DNA of 64,000 nt from Bdellovibrionales bacterium (lineage in GTDB: Bacteria > Bdellovibrionota > Bdellovibrionia > Bdellovibrionales > CAYMLA01): positions 256,001 to 320,000 of the forward strand of contig OZ244239.1 of NCBI GenBank assembly GCA_965217115.1, in the 5' to 3' direction. The translations under genes and the position numbers were made by a program. Numbering within the stretch: the first letter of the stretch is position 1; the number at the start of each line of letters is the position of its first letter. Under the pieces are notes generated by a model. The model worked only from the letters and a program-made list of their open reading frames with translations, ran no database searches and was not told the DNA's origin. Of the stretch, positions 1 to 9,571 are shown one piece after another.

Positions 1-477
1 ATCAGTGTTTTTAACTGTCCCGAAATTCTCACCAACTCCAGCTCTGTTTTCAATGGTGTCGAACTCTCTCTCTATCCATTCTTAGGTGCCCTGTCTCGGT
101 ATAAAGAAAATCCATACATTAAGGGCATTCTGGATCATTGTTTTTCACGCCTTAAAGATGATGTGACTCTGGATCAAATTCTGTCATGCACTGACGATTA
201 TATGACTTCTGATCTCACCCAAGAGTATTCCCAGTTTGATCTATGGCCACAGTCTAGCGGCAGGGAACAGATGGAGCAAATGCTGAGCACCTCTAGTAAA
301 CTAAAGGAGCTGCATAAAGACCCTAAGCAGCTTATCACCTTCAGACTCAGTGAACTTATCTTCGAAACCTGTGGAGAAATCATGCTCGATAAGAGCTGGG
401 CTTTAGAAAAACCAGTTTGGTGGTTAGGCCATGACCTTCTTAGTCAATGTGCAAGTAACAACGAGACGACTGCCTAA
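1..477 (+). CDS. Hypothetical protein, 5'-truncated by the window edge
   Basis: The frame of ORF 163..477 stays open back to base 1 (ISVFNCPEIL...). No recognisable motif. Confidence 0.6.
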   Translation: MSVFNCPEILTNSSSVFNGVELSLYPFLGALSRYKENPYIKGILDHCFSRLKDDVTLDQILSCTDDYMTSDLTQEYSQFDLWPQSSGREQMEQMLSTSSKLKELHKDPKQLITFRLSELIFETCGEIMLDKSWALEKPVWWLGHDLLSQCASNNETTA

Positions 478-2444
478 GCTGACTTCTTTCCCTTCAACCA
501 CGACTTCATGACTGCTCCCAGATCGCGGTTTAAGAAATCATCATTTTTAACTTTCTGTTTCTTCTTTAAGCGTATGATATTCAAAGCTCTTTTGGCTTCA
601 ACCATGCTTGGAGATTTTCGTAGAACCTCCTCTAGCTTATTTTGTGCCAGAGAGCTATTCCCCTTATGCATAGCCAACATACCCTCTAAATACATGTACA
701 AAAAAGATTGCCGATTCCCTGGAGGAATCGTCGACATTGATTTATCTATGTTTTTAATTATCTCCTCTCTATTCTGCGTGTTTATCATGCATAGCTTCGC
801 CCATACTATGTACTCTTTTAATTCTTCTGCATCTGGATGAATAACATTGACCTCTTTAAGAATCTCCAATGCCTCCCGACCCTTGTTATTCTGTAGGTTT
901 GCTTTGGCCTCTTCCATCCTATCATGAACTTTAATTCTTAATTTCAATGTATCCTTCTGGATTTTTTCTTCATACTCTTTACGCCTCTCTGGCGAACTGA
1001 CGTACTCCATGGATTCCTCTAAACTAGAGATGATTTCATCTCTGGCCACAAAAGACTTACTCTGTGCATCTTGTGATAGAGGGAGATTTTCAATGAACTC
1101 CTCAAAAACCATACGTATTTGGGATGATTCTGACCCCAGTCCTATCCCTAAATACTTAAACTGCTCAAAAGCATTTTTCCCACTCAGCTCTCTTTGTATA
1201 TTCTGAAGATTCTCGATCAATTCTTCTTCAGAACAATCTTCTATATGATCTTTACTAAAACTAATGAGTCGTTTAGACACAAGTAGATACAAACCTCTTA
1301 GAATATCTTCACTTGAAACAGTATCTACCTTAAATAGATCTTTGTACTTACGACTTTCGAGTAAAGTTTTTTGTAATATCTGATTATTTTTAAATAAAGG
1401 TTTCCTAAATATCTCATGACCCAGCTGAAACCGTGATCCTTTTATAAGAGAAGCACCTTCAAAGTGACGATAAAAACTCTCCAACCACTCAGGATGAATC
1501 GTCGACATCACCCAATCGTGAAGATAACTAGTCAGCTGATCAGAATCAATATGAAGCTTCTCTAGTTTTACATCAACAGGGATAAACCTAAACTCAATGT
1601 TTTTAGATACCACCCAACGACTCAGACGCAGTATGATCTGATATTCCAGAGCTAGAAGAAAAGAGTGGGGACTAATAACATTAGCCTTAATTAATTTCAC
1701 CCCCAATTTCTCAGACTGGTCTACCTCAGGGTCCCCCAGTACTCGATTCAGATCATCAGCCTTAAGATAGCCCATCTCAATAAGAAGATTACCCAGTAGT
1801 GAATCCTGTCGATTGGTACTCACCGATATAATTTTACCCTCTGACATACTAATCTGGCTCTCTAATCCAGAGCTTTGCTTTAAGGTTAGCTCCCCAGTGG
1901 AACACGTCTCTATAAGAAGACTCAGGAGCATGGGAAATTCAAAACCATGTATCTCCCTAAGCGCACCAACCGAGCGACGAATTTGTACAGGATTATTTTT
2001 ACTCTTATACAAGATATCATTAATAATCTGTCGAGAAGATTGGCCTTGAAAATCTTCCCCTCCCATCACACGGTAATGCCTATCTAATCTTTTGATTAAG
2101 TCTTCTGGAGCAAATGGCTTCTGTAAATAAAAACAAGCTTTTACACTAGAGATCGCTTCTCTAATAAAATACTTATCCTTAAAAACCCCACTCATAAAGG
2201 CAATATCTATCTGAGTGTTTTTTATTTCATTACGTACTTTAAGGGCAAGATCCACTCCCGTCATACCTGAAAGCAAGACATCTGATAGCAACATTTGATA
2301 GGTGTTTTCTTGAATTTTTTTGAGAGCCTTCTCAGGACATTCAACATGATCGACGGAGTAACCAGCCTCTTCCAGGGCGATCTTCAAGACGGAAGCCAAC
2401 GCTTCATCATCTTCTAAAATCAAAATTCTCGCTTTATTATCCAT
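474..2444 (-). CDS. Response regulator: receiver domain + DUF4388/PATAN-like domain + degenerate J-like region + C-terminal TPR
   Basis: Receiver motifs ILILEDD, LLSDVLL, MSG, LQKP. Middle segment TGELTL...EGKII...LLGNLLIEMG. C-terminal TPR-like helices. Confidence 0.8.
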   Translation of the reverse strand: MDNKARILILEDDEALASVLKIALEEAGYSVDHVECPEKALKKIQENTYQMLLSDVLLSGMTGVDLALKVRNEIKNTQIDIAFMSGVFKDKYFIREAISSVKACFYLQKPFAPEDLIKRLDRHYRVMGGEDFQGQSSRQIINDILYKSKNNPVQIRRSVGALREIHGFEFPMLLSLLIETCSTGELTLKQSSGLESQISMSEGKIISVSTNRQDSLLGNLLIEMGYLKADDLNRVLGDPEVDQSEKLGVKLIKANVISPHSFLLALEYQIILRLSRWVVSKNIEFRFIPVDVKLEKLHIDSDQLTSYLHDWVMSTIHPEWLESFYRHFEGASLIKGSRFQLGHEIFRKPLFKNNQILQKTLLESRKYKDLFKVDTVSSEDILRGLYLLVSKRLISFSKDHIEDCSEEELIENLQNIQRELSGKNAFEQFKYLGIGLGSESSQIRMVFEEFIENLPLSQDAQSKSFVARDEIISSLEESMEYVSSPERRKEYEEKIQKDTLKLRIKVHDRMEEAKANLQNNKGREALEILKEVNVIHPDAEELKEYIVWAKLCMINTQNREEIIKNIDKSMSTIPPGNRQSFLYMYLEGMLAMHKGNSSLAQNKLEEVLRKSPSMVEAKRALNIIRLKKKQKVKNDDFLNRDLGAVMKSWLKGKKSA

Positions 2445-2452
2445 GTAAAACT

Positions 2453-2479
2453 ACATCGGTCAAAACAGAGATAAAATTA
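2453..2479 (-). promoter_or_regulatory. Putative sigma28 (FliA)-type promoter
   Basis: Minus strand TAAT-N15-ACCGATGT, ending 8 nt before the ATG at 2444. Consensus is TAAA-N15-GCCGATAA. Confidence 0.45.
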
Positions 2480-2738
2480 AACTTTCTTTTTCCTCCCCTA
2501 TTGAATAAATAGTTATTTATTTCAGGTACTTAGGAGGAATTTCCCCCAAAATACTCAGATGACCAGATTATGGGCAAAGTCCATTGAATTCCTATGTATT
2601 TAGTGGTATCCCTAGCGCTATGGTTTTTCTCCATGGCTCTGCCTAGAAAAAACCGTTATAAACAATAAAAATGTAGGCTTTCTAAAATTATAACTATTAT
2701 AGAAACGCTCAAACACAAAATGAATCAAGGTGGAGAAG

Positions 2739-2915
2739 ATGGCAAAAAAAGGACGGGTTATTGTAACTTTAGAATGTACTGAAGCTAGGAAGGAAGGGAA
2801 ATCACCCTCTCGCTATACAACCACTAAAAATAAGACCAAAACACCACAGCGTCTTGAAAAAATGAAATACAATCCAACTCTACGTCGGCACACGATGCAT
2901 AAAGAGACCAAATAG
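2739..2915 (+). CDS. rpmG: 50S ribosomal protein L33
   Basis: [15 protein letters not shown]...YTTTKNK...[28 protein letters not shown] before the ATG at 2739. Confidence 0.96.
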   Translation: MAKKGRVIVTLECTEARKEGKSPSRYTTTKNKTKTPQRLEKMKYNPTLRRHTMHKETK

Positions 2916-2946
2916 CCTCTTAAAATATGCTTAGATAATTACACAT

Positions 2947-5900
2947 CTAATCTACCGCGTTTATTATCTTTGTGAAAGATTTTAAGACATCCCGACGATC
3001 TACGCGAAACTCTTGTGAATTTAGTTTATGCCAACCTATAAAACCTAATTTATTCAAAAATGAATCTTGCCTAGGTATTTTTTTATGGGAAAAGATATAA
3101 GTCAATAATGATCGGCGCATAGAAACGTCATCTAACTCACTCATTTTTAGAAGGGTCTTATCAAAGAGTGGAAATGCTGCTAAAACCTCATCCTTCATTA
3201 ACCAGCCGTCTCGATCTCCATCAAATCTTTGAAAGATCACTTCTACGGATAACAGTATTTGTAGAAATGTTCCTAACTGAGCGTATTCATAATCTCCCTC
3301 CTCAATCCAATTTCGAAAACTAACCTTCTCAATCACTGTATTAATATAATCCTTATCCCATACCAACCCTTCATCCTCATCTATATTATTATTATAGAAA
3401 CCCCCACCGCTCACCTCTGTTATTCCTCTGCGATAACGCCCTTTACTCAAACTCCAACCCAAAGGACTCTGGCTATCTTTAACAAACAAGCTCACTAAGC
3501 CTTTCATTAATTTAGGACTATCCGAGAAATCAGAAATAACACTGCTGTAAAACTCTTTAGAGAAACAAGAAAAAACCAATGAAGGCCTTTCATAAATGTC
3601 CAATCTATCTGATTTGCATTTATCCTTAAGAGATTGATAGATCTCTTTTGCATGTGAAGCACCTGATAAAACCATCAGTATTAAATTAACTGCCTCTGCA
3701 TGGTTAATCAATCCATCTCCATTTGAATGATAGGTCAGAATATCAGCATTTAATGCAAGAAATTTCCAGGTTCCATCTATCCTAGGATCAAAGAGCCCAA
3801 ATTCATAGGCCAACTTTTTGAAATCTCCATAGATCGTCTCAAGAGACTCCCCTTTTAGATCAGAGCCTTCAAGGGAATTCTGATTGTAACCTGAAAGAAC
3901 AAGCCTGACTAAAGAGTTTTTCCAGCTAATCTGAGTTAAGTCCTTATGGGTGTAATATATAGAAGATTCTCTAGAAAAATATAATCGTTCTTTTTTATTA
4001 TGCGCTAAAGAAAAATCAATATTAATGACTTCAAAGAGATTCTTTAAATCCTCGGTTATAAGGTTCTCCTTGGACTTAACCTGCCAAATAGAAACATACT
4101 CCTCCCAATTTTCTCTTAAATCGAGAAGAGAATACTTCTTACCTTCTTCGCGATATATGTCATTAATGAAACCCTGAACATTCAGCCACTGATCAATGTC
4201 CGATTTCATATTAACAATCGTCTTATCTGTAACAACGGTTGTTCCTAAATTAGCTTCGCGTCCAAAAATTTTCTGTAAAACATTATTTAAAACATGGGAA
4301 AGTGTCTCCATAGAAACTTCGGAAAACCTCACTCCAGAATCATAAATACCTCTCATTATATCTTCCATCTCTCTTAGGGAAATACTCTTGCCTTCTTTAA
4401 GAGATAAAACACTTCTCAACTCCTTAGACCATATCTCGATAAACCCCTTTAAATGATTTAGACCAGGATAGGTCACAAGCTCTTCTTTAGAGAGATATAT
4501 ATTTATCTGCCAATATGCTATATAAGTAGCTGAGAGTCCTTTCAAAAAATAGGCCCATTCACCTGAAACCACAAGGTCCTTATCTCCCCCAATCAATCCG
4601 CCTTTAACACTTGTGATCAATGGCTCATACTTGTCTACGAGCTCCACTATTTCCGACCAAGTTTCTTCAAATACTTCTTCTCCAATTTGAGGGGCCATGG
4701 TTGTGAAATTTCTTATGTGTAAAACGCCATTGAATTCATCAAATGTTGATCCCCAATCTTCAAATATTTTTAAAACTCCTTCGAGATCATTAACTACCTG
4801 TGCCCAAGGTAAATGCTCCAATGAGAATAGAGGTAAGTGAAGTTGCAATTTCAAATAAAACTGATAGGCATTATTAATAACCTCTGGAACAGCCCTTATA
4901 TCCTTGGAGTTCCAAATATCCCCTCTTCCTCCTACAAACATCGTCTTTACGTGGGGAATCTCTTCACTCCACTCTAAGGGAAATAAAGGGTCTTCTGGAT
5001 AGTACTGATGTATATCTTTAGTCGCTTGAACGATCTCTGACCAACGAAAATACCCTCGCCCATTTAGCTCAGATGCCTTTGCCAGAGCATTAAAAATGAG
5101 TCTATAATCTAAACTATTAAAAGCAAAAGATTTATCTGGGTGCTTTTTATAAATACTCCAACGAGCAAACTCCACATAAATATGTGAGAGACTCTGTAAT
5201 ATATGTTCCAACTCATGGGGACTCACTAAATCACTGTTCTCTCTGGCTAAAGCCATCTGAAATAAGTTTTGTAGAACCCTTTCATCCTTTAACATATCAG
5301 GGATAGAGACTTCCAAAGCTTCTTCAATCGTTTGTAAAAAAGATGAGACATCAGAAATCCGAATACGACCTTTCTGGGCTTTAAAGTTAGAACTAATAAT
5401 ATTGATTGCCCGTGAAATATCTTTTTCAAACTGGGAGAACTCTTCCTTCGGAATTCCCTGTTTCAAGGCCCAGATATTAGATTGATTAGCTAAAATCTTT
5501 CCTACATCCGTCCAAGTCTGTAACTTTTTAGAAGCATAAAAGAAATCCTCCCATGTCCACTTATCTCTATTTCCTCCAATGACCATTGCTTTAAAAGATC
5601 TAACCCAAACCTCTGACTTTTCATCAGACATATCTCTATTGAAAAAAGGTTTTAGAAAAATAGCGACTTCTCTTGAGCCTATAGTTCGTTTATCCTTCTG
5701 CAAAACACGAGATAAGTTTCTCAACATGAGTTTTAGAGATTCCGGATGTTTTGTGAACCCATCTGGGCCTTCTTTATTTAATACTTCTCTATGCTCTCTT
5801 AGAGAAGACAAATAAGACAAATACATCTGAGATGTTCGCTTAAGAAGCTTAACCCACTGCCCTTCTCTTATAATAAAATCTCTCCCTCCTGTAATAATGA

Positions 5901-7995
5901 ATCTAAAGTTCTTTAAATAGTCAGGTTGAAATATCTTATCTAACACAGAATCTGTATCATCATTATTTTTAAGCCATTCTCTAACAATATGCCCTATTCT
6001 TTTTATTGATATGGATGTACCCGTTGATTCTATTAAAAAACTAATATCTCTCACAATAAGATCTATATTATCTAGGAAATTCTCCCAATCCTTGTGAGCT
6101 ATTTTTTTTGCAAGAACCTTTTTGGGAAAGAGATAGTCTATACTCTTCTCTAATCTAGAAAAATGATGCTTAAGATATTGACTTAATAGCAGAAACATAT
6201 TTAGTTCCTTGAGATTTATCGTTTGACGACTTCCCCCTAAAAACAGTCTCTTTAACTCAATAGTTTTACGAATAAGTTGTCTATCAATATGACGACCATG
6301 GGTTAGTTTTAATGTCATATTTATTAATATGGACAGCTCGTCAACAGAAATTTCTGTGATTCCCTGTCGTGAAATAGCATCCTTTAATATGCCCGCGATT
6401 CTCTGAAAGGATTCTATTTTTTCGTTAGGTGATGACAGTTTTCTGTATCTCTGACTGTACTCACCGCGAACATATTCACGCCATAAACCCTGAGTTAGGC
6501 TAATCAAAGACTTCCACTCACTGACCTTAATAATATGTGCATCGCCACCGATAAAAGTTTTTTTATACTTTAACAAAACCTTATAAATATCCTTCAAAAA
6601 AGAGGGTGACTTCGTAGCCTTTCCATCTTGATTCTCAATTAATTCCATAAGACCAATAAGAGATTTTAATTCATACACCCCTTTAGACTTGCGTAAATAG
6701 CTTGTTATTTTAGAGGACGCGGCTTCTAAAGATAGTAAGGACCTCTCAAAGAAGAGCTTCTCTGATTCACCTATTTTTCTTGGATCCCACTTTAATAAAT
6801 AAACTTTATGATATGGTTCTGAAATTTTCTGGATTTGATGAAGCCCTTCTGCCCAATAAGGAATTTGCAAAAACTCTTCACTTCGTAGAGATGTTCTACT
6901 ACCACCAATAAGAAATGATTTTACCGCCATGAGAGGCTCTAAATCATAATTAATTTGGACCTTATCTGGCCACAATACATGCATTTCATTTAATATCCTT
7001 GTTATTTTATTTGTTGAAATAGCTTCCTTGTCATATTTTTGACTTATATAAGAAAAGAAATGACTTAAATCGTCAGTGATACCCCGAAACGAAGACCAAG
7101 ACTGAGCGTGCCAAATGCTCTTGTCTTGTTGCCTAATAATATCTACACGCAAATACTGCGAAAATGAAAAAGAGAACAACTCCACAAAACCAGGCCACTG
7201 ATGGGGCAATACTTTATCAACAGGCCCTCCAATAAATGCATCTTTAGACTCCCCTACTAGGGATAGGTACGTTCCTACCTGTGATGCAAACATCCATTTC
7301 TTCTTTGGTTGAACCAGTGACTCTAAACTTTTCAAAAAATGAGGGAAACGAGATATCTGGTACTCTTTATTGTTATTTTCTAATAACTTTCCTATACGCC
7401 TTTGAACATGATTAAATTCCTTAAGCCCTACCTGAAGACGATGTTCTTGTTCTTCATTATAATTAGGCCATTTTTCTTTAAAAGAGAAAATATCCATATA
7501 CGGCCTTAAAGCCAATGACATTTTGACCAATTCATCAAACACAGACACAAAACGTTTTAACTCTTGATGGGTTAACGATTTTTCATCTCCTCCCAACAAT
7601 AGCGCTTTGACTTCCAGTATGTAGGAGAGTGTCTCTACTGATACAGGAGTTTTAGTGACATATTTTTCTAGAAGATAAATAATCTCTTGAGATGAATATC
7701 TCTCTTTGCGAGAACCCTCAGCATGCCTATAGAAAATTCTAACTCCCTTTCCCAAGCATTGCCAAAACTGTTGCACCTCTTCTTCCGAAGCTGTTTGATT
7801 AAAATACTTATGCATCCACCCACGAGTTTGCGTAAAACAGGACCCTTTTTTAGAGTCTAGACGTAGAATCGTTTTTTCTTCACTCTCATCAGACTGCTTA
7901 TTCAAAAATTTCCCACAACCTGAAAAAACAACTAAAGAGGCAAACACTATCATCGTATTGAGGCAATATGATCTCTTGAAGAGATTAAAAAACAT
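2947..7995 (-). CDS. Giant (1682 aa) putative lipoprotein with internal helical repeats and C-terminal EF-hand-like loops
   Basis: Lipobox VVFSGC. About 10 recurrences of K-x-x-[ILV]-GG-x4-[ILVW]-x3-[EQD]-[LWFI]. Loops DGDRDGWLMKDE and SNGDGLINHAE. Confidence 0.75.
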   Translation of the reverse strand: MFFNLFKRSYCLNTMIVFASLVVFSGCGKFLNKQSDESEEKTILRLDSKKGSCFTQTRGWMHKYFNQTASEEEVQQFWQCLGKGVRIFYRHAEGSRKERYSSQEIIYLLEKYVTKTPVSVETLSYILEVKALLLGGDEKSLTHQELKRFVSVFDELVKMSLALRPYMDIFSFKEKWPNYNEEQEHRLQVGLKEFNHVQRRIGKLLENNNKEYQISRFPHFLKSLESLVQPKKKWMFASQVGTYLSLVGESKDAFIGGPVDKVLPHQWPGFVELFSFSFSQYLRVDIIRQQDKSIWHAQSWSSFRGITDDLSHFFSYISQKYDKEAISTNKITRILNEMHVLWPDKVQINYDLEPLMAVKSFLIGGSRTSLRSEEFLQIPYWAEGLHQIQKISEPYHKVYLLKWDPRKIGESEKLFFERSLLSLEAASSKITSYLRKSKGVYELKSLIGLMELIENQDGKATKSPSFLKDIYKVLLKYKKTFIGGDAHIIKVSEWKSLISLTQGLWREYVRGEYSQRYRKLSSPNEKIESFQRIAGILKDAISRQGITEISVDELSILINMTLKLTHGRHIDRQLIRKTIELKRLFLGGSRQTINLKELNMFLLLSQYLKHHFSRLEKSIDYLFPKKVLAKKIAHKDWENFLDNIDLIVRDISFLIESTGTSISIKRIGHIVREWLKNNDDTDSVLDKIFQPDYLKNFRFIITGGRDFIIREGQWVKLLKRTSQMYLSYLSSLREHREVLNKEGPDGFTKHPESLKLMLRNLSRVLQKDKRTIGSREVAIFLKPFFNRDMSDEKSEVWVRSFKAMVIGGNRDKWTWEDFFYASKKLQTWTDVGKILANQSNIWALKQGIPKEEFSQFEKDISRAINIISSNFKAQKGRIRISDVSSFLQTIEEALEVSIPDMLKDERVLQNLFQMALARENSDLVSPHELEHILQSLSHIYVEFARWSIYKKHPDKSFAFNSLDYRLIFNALAKASELNGRGYFRWSEIVQATKDIHQYYPEDPLFPLEWSEEIPHVKTMFVGGRGDIWNSKDIRAVPEVINNAYQFYLKLQLHLPLFSLEHLPWAQVVNDLEGVLKIFEDWGSTFDEFNGVLHIRNFTTMAPQIGEEVFEETWSEIVELVDKYEPLITSVKGGLIGGDKDLVVSGEWAYFLKGLSATYIAYWQINIYLSKEELVTYPGLNHLKGFIEIWSKELRSVLSLKEGKSISLREMEDIMRGIYDSGVRFSEVSMETLSHVLNNVLQKIFGREANLGTTVVTDKTIVNMKSDIDQWLNVQGFINDIYREEGKKYSLLDLRENWEEYVSIWQVKSKENLITEDLKNLFEVINIDFSLAHNKKERLYFSRESSIYYTHKDLTQISWKNSLVRLVLSGYNQNSLEGSDLKGESLETIYGDFKKLAYEFGLFDPRIDGTWKFLALNADILTYHSNGDGLINHAEAVNLILMVLSGASHAKEIYQSLKDKCKSDRLDIYERPSLVFSCFSKEFYSSVISDFSDSPKLMKGLVSLFVKDSQSPLGWSLSKGRYRRGITEVSGGGFYNNNIDEDEGLVWDKDYINTVIEKVSFRNWIEEGDYEYAQLGTFLQILLSVEVIFQRFDGDRDGWLMKDEVLAAFPLFDKTLLKMSELDDVSMRRSLLTYIFSHKKIPRQDSFLNKLGFIGWHKLNSQEFRVDRRDVLKSFTKIINAVD

Positions 7996-9310
7996 AGGTC
8001 ATCCCCCCGAAAATACGATCATTCTCAGTATATCTGGAAATAAAACCAGTTCTGCTCTTAGCTTCTGCCGATAGTAATTCTAATCCTGCAAATACATCCC
8101 ATTTCGTTCCAATTCTATGAATAAAATCGATGACCGTAACCGTTCCTTTTTGTGATAAATCTCGCAACCAAGTCATTTTTAAAGTTGATTGACCTAAGAG
8201 ACGTTTAAAATGAATTTTCACCGCATTTTGATAATTAAATCGTCCAAAAAAGATAGGTTCGTCACTAAAACTGTAACCCTCTTCGCGGCTCTCTCCTCCA
8301 GAGATGGTTAGGTAAGAAAGACTTCCTGACCAATTTCTTTTTTCCATTGATACATCAACTGAGTATCCTTTAGAGTTATTGTAAACCTGGTTAACAAAAT
8401 ATTCTTCAAATTCAGTTTTTACTAGCCTTTCCTGAATATAAGAAATAGACGCCGTTGTTGAGTCAGAAAAACGATAACCTAAATCACCTGATACAACCTC
8501 TTCCTGGAAAAACCTGGGAAGTAATGTGACCTCAATAAGAGGCTTTTCTCTGATTTTTAACCGTGGACGATAGCTCAGTAATAATTGATTTGCTGGTTTC
8601 ATACCATATGCACCTCTCATCCACCATCCGTCTTTCCCTCCAAACTCTAATAAAACTCCATGGGAAGGTTTGATTAAGAGGCTCTCAAGGTCGGGATGGA
8701 TAGTTTTATAATTAATTTTGGAGACCCCTGTTCCAAGCTGAAATTTCTTTGGCGGGGACTGAAACCATGGGTTACGAGATTCTATATTCCCTTCTCTCTC
8801 CCTTATAATAGGGCCATGATCGGGAATAAATGCAGGGGAGAAAAAAGCAACCCAACGTACTTGAGGACGAATCCGTTCAACGAAAAGTCCTGTTAAGCCT
8901 TGGGCTTTAGGTTTAATATAATTTGAGCGATAACGGGGCTCCCAAAGCCCAAGGCTCCAATCACGATCTATCTGACTCCAAATTATTTTTTTTCGCCCCA
9001 GAGAGATGCGCCAATTGTTATCCTCCCAAGAAGTGTAGACCTCAGATAGATTATAATCCAATTCCTTCTGTTCATAAGTTAATTTCAAATCTAAGGGGCT
9101 TTTAAAAACACTATTGACCAAAGGTTTGTGAAGAAAGCGGGCTTCAAATTTTGATCCTTGCAAAATGCCAGCCTGTTCTGACAAACCGATGGAGGAACTC
9201 CATGTATTCTTAGATAGAGCCGAGAAGTGCAACACATCCTCAGCCAAAATGACTGAGCCGTATCCACCTAAGGTCAGTAAAAATATGGTCACTGCAAATA
9301 ACTGAATCAA
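7985..9310 (-). CDS. Putative outer-membrane beta-barrel protein
   Basis: Likely start TTG at 9310 after an AGGGAG RBS, giving signal peptide MIQLFAVTIFLLTLGGYGSVILA. Amphipathic strands, GRKKIIWS motif, C-terminal GMTYVF (terminal-Phe barrel signature). Confidence 0.65.
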   Translation of the reverse strand: MIQLFAVTIFLLTLGGYGSVILAEDVLHFSALSKNTWSSSIGLSEQAGILQGSKFEARFLHKPLVNSVFKSPLDLKLTYEQKELDYNLSEVYTSWEDNNWRISLGRKKIIWSQIDRDWSLGLWEPRYRSNYIKPKAQGLTGLFVERIRPQVRWVAFFSPAFIPDHGPIIREREGNIESRNPWFQSPPKKFQLGTGVSKINYKTIHPDLESLLIKPSHGVLLEFGGKDGWWMRGAYGMKPANQLLLSYRPRLKIREKPLIEVTLLPRFFQEEVVSGDLGYRFSDSTTASISYIQERLVKTEFEEYFVNQVYNNSKGYSVDVSMEKRNWSGSLSYLTISGGESREEGYSFSDEPIFFGRFNYQNAVKIHFKRLLGQSTLKMTWLRDLSQKGTVTVIDFIHRIGTKWDVFAGLELLSAEAKSRTGFISRYTENDRIFGGMTYVF

Positions 9311-9571
9311 GTTACACTCCCTATCTATTACTTCCTGTAATTGAATGGGTAGACTAAGTAATTTTAATAGGAATTGCCAGATATTGTCGGTGAAAAGAAT
9401 ATTTTTCAAAGGCTCATAAACCCTGAAAAATTTTTTTCACCGCTCTATTTTGATTTGAAGATGGACACTCTGAAATTTTTACAATAAACTCAAATAACAA
9501 CGATTCTTTATGTATTGAGTGCAGAATCCTATAGAGATACCCAGAAACCCTAGAGTAAGCAGAGGAATAGA

